Of a DNA stretch of 7,898 nucleotides, positions 1-7,393 are shown piece after piece. Origin of the DNA: Fonticula alba ATCC 38817 (Eukaryota; Protista; Nucleariida); NCBI GenBank assembly GCA_000388065.2, contig KB932202.1; one strand, 5' to 3'. Positions within the stretch are counted from its first letter, which is position 1. The number at the start of each line of letters is the position of its first letter. The translations under genes were made by a program, and so were the position numbers. The notes under the pieces are model-generated. The model had not been told where the DNA came from and did not search any database. It saw only the letters and a program-made list of their open reading frames with translations.

Positions 1-440
1 CCCCCCCCCCCCCCCGCACTGCACCCATAAACCTGACGATGTCCTGGGTACCGAACGGCCCGCGGGCCAAGCGTACTTTCCATGTTACAGGTCGGGAGGA
101 AAGAGTCGCCTATATGCCGGGTTGTTGGCCAACTGGTCCTGTTCTCGGCAAGGGGGGGAAGGGGCTGGCCCAGACACCTGGCCCCGAAAGCTATCCCCCC
201 GGGGAGGTCTCTAACTCGGGCCCAGTTAATTTATCGAGAGCGTGATCGACAGACATCTGTCCTCCGATCAAAACCACATGATATCAGGGTCATAAGCACT
301 CTCGCGTGCTTGGGTTCATCCGGGATCTTTTCCTGTGCGATCGCGCGTGTGAGCCCCTCATCGTGAGCGCCACTTACCCCGACGAGAGACCATCCAACGA
401 GAGCCGTGTCGCGTTGCCCGTGGGTCGCTCGGAATATTAA

Positions 441-498
441 ACCACAGATCCAGCGAACCGAAGAACGCTGGATCGGCGGGGGGCTGTGGTGGCTTTTT
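441..498 (+). other. Predicted bulged stem-loop followed by a T5 run
   Basis: GATCCAGCG (447-455) pairs with CGCTGGATC (466-474) around a 10-nt loop. ACCACAG (441-447) can pair with CTGTGGT (484-490), sharing G447 with the inner stem. TTTTT is at 494-498. Confidence 0.55.
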
Positions 499-605
499 CC
501 CGGACCTGTTGCCTCGTAGTGTGCCCGCCTCCCCTCGCGCACGCACGCGCACACACACTCACACACGCTCATGGGCCTACACGCCCACTCAATCAGACAT
601 ACAAT

Positions 606-709
606 CACACACACACACACACTCACACACACTCACACACACACACACTCACACACTCACACACACACACTCACACACACACTCACACACACACACTCAC
701 ACTCACACA
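606..709. repeat. Interrupted (CA)n microsatellite with CT interruptions
   Basis: ACACACACACTCACACAC... read directly; it produces the HT/VC low-complexity ORFs in the track. Confidence 0.95.
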
Positions 710-960
710 ATAGCTCGGTCTCGTTGCCAGCACGCCCCTACTTCGCCCCTGCCCAGTCCCCTTCGCCCTGCTTTTCTGCTCGCATACATGGGCCACGCGA
801 CCTCTCCCAGACAAAGCCATATGCTTTTTCGCGCGCTTTCCTGGGCGCTCCCTGTCTCTCCGTATCTCCGCCAGGATGAGGTGTGTCTGCCAGTGCCCAT
901 TTCTCGTCCTGCCGCTTCCCCCTCTGCCCATTTCGTGCGCGTACCTCCCCCCCCCCCCAG

Positions 961-1236
961 GCTCAGCCCCGTCTGTGCGCGCCGATGGCATCGTCGACGA
1001 ACCTTCCCCGAGCCAGCCCCTGTGCATTATGTCGCATGCCAATTAGTTCCCAAGAGATGGACGACCGTAGCAAGCGGCGCCAGGGCACCGAGAAAAGTGA
1101 AGCGCAATGCGAGAACTGCATTTCCCGCGTGGAGTTGCCACGGCCATCCCCACCTCGCACGCCAAGGGAATGGGGGGTAGTGTACTCCAGGTGGAAAAGT
1201 GCGCACGGTGTATTTCAGGGGGCCGAGCGAGTGTGA
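961..1236 (+). CDS. Possible plus-strand exon encoding a CxxC-x25-CxxC putative zinc-binding segment
   Basis: Follows a poly-C tract ending in CCAG at 960. The frame of ORF 883-1236 gives MASSTNLPRASP-CALC-x25-CENC (ATG at 985). No family was recognised and it could be chance. Confidence 0.3.
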   Translation, partial: AQPRLCAPMASSTNLPRASPCALCRMPISSQEMDDRSKRRQGTEKSEAQCENCISRVELPRPSPPRTPREWGVVYSRWKSAHGVFQGAERV

Positions 1237-1712
1237 AGAGGGGAGACATGGGAGAATGAGGGCTGGGGCCGGGAAAAGAGGGGAGAAAGCCGGGGACACA
1301 ATCTCGACGAACATGGCCTGTCTTCGGGGGTGGGGGTGGGGGGGGGGTGAGCGAGGAGAAATGGCAACACTCATGACTCCGCGCCCCCCCCCCCCCCCCC
1401 CCCCCCTCCCCAGAGGGAGAGGGAGCAAGCGGATACACACCCGGCCCCGCGGAGATGACCACGAATTTGCGCAGGGCCCCACTGTCTGTTGGATCAGGCC
1501 CGGGAACATGGGCTTCGGCACCGCACGAGCAAGATCGCTCTCTTGTCGCGAGGCTCAGCCCCCCCCCCCCCCCCCCCTCGCCGGGTCATTTGATCTCCCC
1601 TTGTCCATGGGTAGCTGTACTTGGCATCTTCTCGGCTAGCGCGCGTCGTGCAGACATCCATCCATCTGTGTGTGTGCGTGTGTGCACTTCGCGAGGAGAT
1701 ATCTCCCTGCCC

Positions 1713-1993
1713 TCAGTGGGTTTTCTTTCCGGTGTCCTCGAGGAGGGAGGAGTGCAGGTGACGATCTTTGGACGCGGGAATGGCAACCACATGCGGCCTA
1801 GCAGGGCCAACCTCTGAGCCGGCACCCAGGAGCTTGGATTTCTTGTCCGCCCCTCTGACAATGGTATCACCCAGTGGCGAGGAGGAGGGGCTGTCATTTC
1901 GCGTGCCCAAACCCGGGGAGTGGGCCTCCGAGAAGGTAGTCACGTCCATGGAGCCCTGGCGACCGGGTGAGATCTTCTTCGTGTCCTCAGGGA
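1713..1993 (-). CDS. Putative terminal exon, Ser/Pro-rich (PEDTKKISPGRQGSMDVTT...GKKTH-stop)
   Basis: Branch-like TTTGAC at 2050-2045; the first AG after it is AAAG (1995-1994), which is phase 1 and matches the donor at 2298. It is in the frame of ORF 1713-2042. AAG is a less common acceptor. Confidence 0.45.
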
Positions 1994-2074
1994 CTTTGAA
2001 GCCCGATATAATGGGCCAGGCGAGGCGAGGGAATGGGTCCAAAAGTCAAACTGGATGAGTGGGCAGCACGAGGC

Positions 2075-2106
2075 GGGAGGGAGGGAGGGAGGGAGGGAGG
2101 GGGGGG
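2075..2106 (+). repeat. (GGGA)6-G8 tract, canonical G-quadruplex motif
   Basis: Six GGGA units followed by a G run; seven G3+ runs with 1-nt loops. Confidence 0.85.
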
Positions 2107-2298
2107 CGAAGATGCGTCCTGCATCCGCGTGGGAGCGGTCGGGGTGACGTGCACGCGCGCGTGCCCCCGTGCAGGAAAGACGGAGGGAAGAAGGAGGCAA
2201 ACACGCGGGGCCGCAGGGATCGGTGGCTAGGTGGGGGGTGGGGGTGGCCGAGAAAGGGCCGAGGCAAATGGCCGCCCCCCTCGGGAGAAGGCACGCAC

Positions 2299-2638
2299 AA
2301 CTGTTTGGGGACTTGGGCGAGATGGTATCGGCAGATTGAGCGGAGGATATGAAGGACGAGTATGCCGGCTGCGGGCTGGCATGGTTCGCTGCCGCGCCCA
2401 GGATCGAGGCAGACGGCGACATGGGTGGCGGAGTAAGCGGCATCCCAGTGGTTGGATGTGTCACTTCCCGAGGGGATACTTGTGGGGATGCCGAGCTGGA
2501 CACCGACGGGAGCGAGTCATCCTGCTTCGGCATTCGCAAATGGACCTTCTCGCTGACAAGAGCACTGTCCTCGGCTGCCGCGCGGGGGCGCTTCCGCGGC
2601 GACAGGGAGCCAGCTTTGGCCGCGGTAGAGTGAATGTC
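2299..2638 (-). CDS. Ser/Pro-rich disordered coding exon with NLS-like SPRKRPR and many SP/TP sites
   Basis: CTAAC branch at ~2705-2701, C-rich tract and CACAG acceptor (2640-2639). Reads DIHSTAAKAGSLSPRKRPR...ISPKSPNS in the frame of ORF 1940-2878, with a GTGCGT donor at 2298 (phase 1). Confidence 0.65.
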
Positions 2639-2854
2639 CTGTGGTGAAGGAGCATGCTCGGGGGGAGAGAGGGGGGGGGGGAGGGGGCACATGCAGACAG
2701 TTAGGGAGGATGCATCGGCAAAGATGGGAGGCCCGGCCGGGGCGCTGGACTTAAAAATGGCAGCTACAGTGGACGGGGTATAGATAGGGGGTTTCGTTTT
2801 TTTCTTTTTTTTGCCAAGCCCTCTCTCTTCTCTCTCACACACATACACACATAC

Positions 2855-2869
2855 ATCCACGCTCGGCAT
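2855..2869 (-). CDS. Putative short coding exon (MPSVD), either the first exon of a second gene or part of a microexon of the bZIP gene
   Basis: ATG at 2869 then 5 codons and a GTATGT donor at 2854 in phase 0, which matches the phase-0 acceptor at 2640-2639. Confidence 0.35.
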
Positions 2870-3136
2870 GACCTTCACTACTGTTCACGATTCGCCCACT
2901 CACTTGGAAAGGCACCTTTGGAGCCCCAAAAGCGGTCCTCCCCTCGCCCCTCCTTCCGGCTCTCTGCGCCCTTTTTCTTTTGCCCGTGGGAGAATTGTCC
3001 CTGAAATGGGTGCATGGTCACCAAACAGGAAACACACCACGTCCGAGAGCCTGAATGTGATCAGGGAGAGCTTCGCACGACAAGGCACACCCACTCGAAG
3101 AGCGGACGGGAAGGCATATGAGAGAGGGACATGTTT

Positions 3137-3137
<1 letters not shown>

Positions 3138-3190
<53 letters not shown>

Positions 3191-3234
3191 TCACTCACTC
3201 ACTCACTCACTCACTCACTCACTCACTCACTCAC
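3138..3234. repeat. Compound microsatellite (CA)24 followed by (TCAC)12
   Basis: CA run at 3138-3185 and TCAC run at 3187-3234, read directly. Confidence 0.95.
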
Positions 3235-3754
3235 ACACATGCACACAGATACACATACACATTCACAAGCACACATGCACACCAATCAAAAGGACAGAGA
3301 GGGCGGACCGCAAAGTGAAACACATGAGAGACAAGGAAAAAGGGGGAGATGGGAGGGGGGGGGGGGGAAAGGTGCGAAGGAACAGGACATAATTATTCGA
3401 GTGAAAAAGTATGCGTTCACGACACCCCGACTGAAAGGAGGAGAAGAAGAAGTGGACAACAGGACAGGCGCGGATAAGGGCGCTGACAGTGCAGGAGGGA
3501 AAAAACCCCGGGCCAACACACACAGACACAGAGAGATAGAAGGCGCCCGAGGGGGAGACATATTGCCCCGTTCTTCTAATCCCACCCCTTGCAGCCAGAT
3601 GACGGGCGGGGGTGCAGAGGGGGAGGGGAAAGATGGGACGAGGAAGGGGGCCACAAAACACACGAGTCGGGCTACACGCTAGGCGGCAATGACTTGCACT
3701 CTTATACTCACGCCAGACAGCACACACGCAGGAGGGAGAGAGAGGGACACATAC

Positions 3755-4617
3755 CAGTGGAGCCCGATGTGGTGACGCGGGTGGGTGGAGGAGGCTCGCT
3801 ACCGTTGACGAGGGCCCCCGGCCGAGCTGCCGCCGCATCAGCCACAGTGGTGGTCACTAGCGCCGCCAGATCCGGGTGCGCGCTCATCAGCAAACGAAGG
3901 GCAGCCAGCTCCGGGGAGAGACCAGTGGAGGCTGTGGCAGCCGCGGCCGCGGCCGCAAGCGACGGCAGGCGGTCAAGCAGGCGAGGAGAGTCGCCGTGTG
4001 ACAATGCAGGAGAGGCGAGGGAAGGGGGGGAGGAGGGAGAGGGGGAGAGCACACCCGTCCGGGGAGAAGCCACGCCATGGTCGGCATTCGCGGCAGTCCC
4101 GCCAGCTGGTGGGCGAAGGAGCCCTGCAGAGAGAAGAATGTGGGTCAGATGAGCGGCATCCAGCTTTGGCTCAACGGTCGAATCCCCCGAGGACCGACCG
4201 CCGGGGAGGGGGCTGCCGGCGGTCAGTCGATGGCTGCTGCTGTCGAGAGGGATGGGAGGAGTTGAGCTGGCGCTGGTGCTGCCATTGGCGCCCGCAGGGG
4301 AGGGTGCAATCATCGGAACCACATGGTAAAAATGCGACTGGGCATCAGTTGGCGGCAGGGGATGCTGCTGCGGCAGGTGATAGGGCTGCTCAGCCGCGGG
4401 AAGGCCCCCGGTGCTGAGCTGCGCTGCCTGCGCCGCCTGCACTGCCTGCATTTGCATCAGCTGCTGCTGTTGAGCATAGAAGTGTTGGTATGCCTGGGCC
4501 TGTTGGTGCTCGTGCATGCGCTGCCGATGGGCCTGCTCCAATGCCGCGTGTTGCTGCTGGTGCTGTTGCTGGTGCTGCTGCTGGTGCTGGTGCTGGTGCG
4601 GCTGCTGCTGTTGGCGA

Positions 4618-4664
<47 letters not shown>

Positions 4665-5523
4665 GTGCTGGTGCTGCTGCTGGTGGTGGTGGTGGTGGGA
4701 GTGTGCCGGCTGTGATTGCATCTGCCGCTGTTGCTGGTCAGGCAAATCAAAGTTGCCGGCAAACATGTGCGCCGCAGCGATTGGCTGAGGTGCTGGGTGG
4801 GAGCGGGTGGCCGCAGGGGTGCGCATCGGCGTGGCAGTCGGTGAAGCGACAGCTGGAGACCGACCAGCACTCACCGGGGTCGGAGCAAGTCTCGGGGCTG
4901 GACGTTGCTTCGGACTTGTCTGCCGCTGGCGCTGTGGTGCCATTTGCTGCTTCTGCTGCTGGTACGGCTGCTGCTGCTGCTGCTGCTGCCGTGTCGGCGG
5001 TGGCAGTGGCGCCTCGTGCGGCTGGTGCTTGACGGGCTCCTTCTTGGTTGTCGTCTTGGATGAAGGAGGAGCTGTCTGCTTGGGCTTGGGCTTCTGCTTG
5101 GGGGGCGCCGCCAAGGGCTGAGCACGCGGAGAGCGTGATCCACGGCGGTCGCCGTGTGCCAGCACCGTGGCCGCGGCGATCAGGTTTTCCTCGGACGTCG
5201 AGTTCCGCGGGCTGACAATTCCCGTGTCAGATGCCGCGGACTGCTGGAGCGGCTGAGAAGGCAGGAGCTGGGGGACAGAGAAGACACCCTCGCCGTCGAT
5301 GACGGAAGCAGACAATGCCATGCCACCAATGGAGGAAGCCAGCCCCTGCATGTTGCCGATCAGCGTTTCAATCGGCATGCCGGCCAATGAGGCTTGGTGC
5401 TCAAGGTCCTGGATGGCGGCAAACTCCTCCTGGAGCTGTTCCACCAGGTCATCGCATTCACCGCGCAAGTCGGCATTGGAATCGGCCAGTGCGGTGTACA
5501 CAGCGGCCTGCTTCTTGCGTGAG
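3755..5523 (-). CDS. bZIP transcription factor, main exon (end of basic region, leucine zipper, long disordered Gln/His/Pro/Ser/Ala-rich region)
   Basis: Lies within the 630 aa ORF 3708-5600, whose first ~26 residues are the translated pyrimidine tract. Begins SRKKQAAVYTA-L-ADSNAD-L-RGECDD-L, with heptad leucines and Asn at an 'a' position. Ends at ACTG|GTATGT (donor 3754-3749, phase 1). Confidence 0.88.
4620..4658 (-). repeat. (CAG)12-CAA trinucleotide repeat encoding 13 Gln inside a wider Gln/His tract (~4480-4740)
   Basis: The plus strand reads TTG(CTG)12. It is flanked by CAC/CAT/CAG codon mixtures giving HHHHHQQQHQHQH-Q13-HRQQQQPHQHQHQQQH. Confidence 0.95.
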
Positions 5524-6159
5524 CTGTGTGATGGGAACGGCGGATAGAAGGGGGAGGAGAGAGAGAGGGGGGGGGGAGAAGAGGATAAATGGAGTGTCAA
5601 TGGTCTGTGAGACTATGTGGTTCGCCAGGGCATTTTGTGATCCTCGACGCCGCCCTGGGGGGGGAGGGGGGGGGGGGGGGGGGTGCAGGGCATCTGTGCT
5701 CTGTTTCTTGCCCGTGTTCCCCCTTGGTTTGCACAACCTGCGGCGGGTGCCGCGCACCCACCCCAGCCAGGGGCCCAGGCATCTGCGTTGGCATGTTGAA
5801 ACTCCGGCCCGAACACGGGAGTAGACTCGGGGGTGGGCGCAAAGGGGGGCGGGGGGGGGGGGGGCCTCGGTGACGGGAGAGCTGGCTGGGACCCCCTGTG
5901 CGTCGAAAGGCACACAGAGTCCTCGGGAGAAAGACAGGAGGAGAGACAGGAATAACTCATTGGGAAGCACCCTATAAGCAAGTCCAGATCCTTACCGGAC
6001 AACCGTCATCCTACCCCCCCCCCCCCCTCTATCTCTCTCTCACCCCCCTGTCCTTCGGCCTCCTCCTCCTCTCCTTACACTCCAAACATTGGGCTGTACA
6101 CCAACACAGGACCAGACAACCAATGTGGAACGGGGGAGGGGGGGGGGGGGGATACGTAC
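5524..6159 (-). other. Spliceosomal intron (636 nt) splitting the bZIP basic region
   Basis: GTACGT donor at 6159 and a long C/T tract ending in CACACAG (AG at 5525-5524). The phases match (CG|C = Arg) and removal restores exact bZIP spacing. Confidence 0.8.
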
Positions 6160-6476
6160 CGACGACACACTTCACGATGCCGGAGCTTGCGGTCCAACTC
6201 CTTCTGGTTCGGGTGCTGGGACGGCGGCGAGCCAGAGTCCGGGCTATCCAGCACCTGAGGGGGCCGGGTTGTCCGCACGGCCGGAGTCGGGGGGTGGTGC
6301 TGCTTGCTAGACTGCTTGCGCGGAGTTGACCGATCCTGCTGACTTTTGGCGCCACTCCTGGTGGCCGTGGCGGTGGGCTTTTCCTTCACCAGCGAGTTGG
6401 AGTCCTTCTTGCTGGGCATGGTGTCGTCCTTCATCTTTTTGGGACCCGTGCGTCCAAAGCAAAGGCCCCACTTATT
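6160..6476 (-). CDS. bZIP transcription factor, N-terminal exon (Ser/Pro/Lys-rich region plus first part of the basic region); ATG at 6434
   Basis: Preceded by branch-like GCTAACT (6517-6511), a C-rich tract and CCCAG (AG at 6478-6477). The frame is open from 6476 (NKWGLCFGRTGPKK-MKDDTMPSKK...NQKELDRKLRHREVCR-CG) and ends at a GTACGT donor (6159-6154) in phase 2. Whether translation starts at ATG 6434 or in a further upstream exon is unresolved. Confidence 0.8.
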
Positions 6477-6584
6477 CTGGGAGATTGGGCCGACGGAAAG
6501 GGGGGGCCTTAGTTAGCAGGACAGGAGGCACGGATGTGGACTTGCCCGCGTCATCGATTGGGCAGAAGGGGAGAGCAGTGGCTT

Positions 6585-6608
6585 CGCGCGCGCGCGCGCG
6601 AGCGCGCG
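6585..6608. repeat. (CG)8 plus further CG alternation; Z-DNA-prone tract
   Basis: CGCGCGCGCGCGCGCG at 6585-6600, then A and GCGCGCG. Confidence 0.9.
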
Positions 6609-6923
6609 GGCCAGCAAAAGAAGGAGGGGCCCCGTAAGATGGCGCACCTTTGGCACGACTGACAAAATGGGGCCGGCGAAAGTGACCACCGGGGCGGGAC
6701 AAATGGGTTGAGCATGGGCTTGGGTGAGAGGAGAGGCTACACAGGAAGAAGCCTTGACCGATGGACAGGAGTCGGCTGATGGCTCGGGGAAGGACAGAGC
6801 CCCCTCCCCTCCTGAGAGAGGGAGGGCTCAGGAGCCGAGATGGTATATGGCAAGACAGGGCCCCAGGAGGGCCAAGGTGTGTGGGCGGGGGGAGGGGGGA
6901 GAAAAGGGGAGAAAAGGGAGAGG

Positions 6924-6941
6924 GAGAGAGAGAGAGAGAGA
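6924..6941. repeat. (GA)9 microsatellite
   Basis: Read directly. Confidence 0.9.
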
Positions 6942-7243
6942 GGTATGTACGCACACGAGAAGCCCGAAAGAAAACGGACTAACCAAGGGTGCGCCAAGAG
7001 AGGGAGGCGGGGCGCGACCTGGGCGCCCCCAGGGAACAAGTAGATCGATGAACAGCGAAAGGGGGAGAAGGAGCAAAAGGATGGGCCATACAGGCCAAGG
7101 AAGGGGGAATACCAACGTAGGATTTTGTTCAACGGTTAGAAAATGTCATTTACAGCTGCTGAAAAAAGACCACCCGGACCGGAAGTGTGGACAGAAAAGT
7201 GAAAAAAGGAAGTGAGCACGGGAAATGGCGAAAAATCGCAGAT

Positions 7244-7267
7244 CCCCGTCCTGCCGGCAGGACGGGG
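7244..7267. repeat. Perfect 24-bp palindrome with no spacer
   Basis: CCCCGTCCTGCC followed directly by its reverse complement GGCAGGACGGGG. Confidence 0.95.
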
Positions 7268-7393
7268 GACACACACACACTCCACCCCCCGTGTCAGCTC
7301 CTCCATTCTGTCCACGGAAGGGAGCCTGTGGGTGATCTTATTTCTGTGGGGAGTTGACATGGCGCTGGGCCGGGTTGGGCCAACTTTCGGATT

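Noticed and set aside
33-60. Hammerhead ribozyme core-like CTGACGA
   Set aside because: No stem II followed by GAAA (the sequence has GAAC) and no matching cleavage triplet arrangement found.
280-326. tRNA-Met-like TCATAA and B-box-like GGTTCATCC
   Set aside because: No anticodon stem, T stem or acceptor stem can be formed.
372-430. U1 snRNA-like start (ACTTACC...GAGAGACCAT)
   Set aside because: No complementary arm for stem-loop I, no U1-70K loop and no Sm site downstream; it is better read as a minus-strand GTAAGT donor.
486-879. ORFs rich in HT/HS or VC repeats, also at 2811-3682
   Set aside because: They are translations of CA/TCAC microsatellites, not credible proteins.
959-970. 12-mer AGGCTCAGCCCC repeated at 1551-1562
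   Set aside because: Matches of this length are expected by chance in GC-rich sequence of this size.
1768-2058. Plus-strand 96 aa ORF
   Set aside because: It overlaps the minus-strand candidate exon in antisense, and the local splice signals favour the minus strand.
4323-5121. Plus-strand poly-Leu, poly-Ala and poly-Cys ORFs
   Set aside because: They are antisense shadows of the CAG/CAC repeats in the bZIP exon.
5200-5400. IRE1-type (XBP1/HAC1) unconventional intron downstream of the zipper
   Set aside because: No pair of 7-nt CNGCNGN-loop hairpins was found, and the frame is already open through the region.
5524-5600. N-terminal MTLHLSSSPPPLSLSS of the 630 aa ORF as the true start
   Set aside because: It is the translated pyrimidine tract of the intron; the spliced form restores the bZIP basic region.
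7179-7187. ETS-like CCGGAAGTG motif
   Set aside because: A single short motif; ETS factors are essentially metazoan and nothing here shows the host is an animal.
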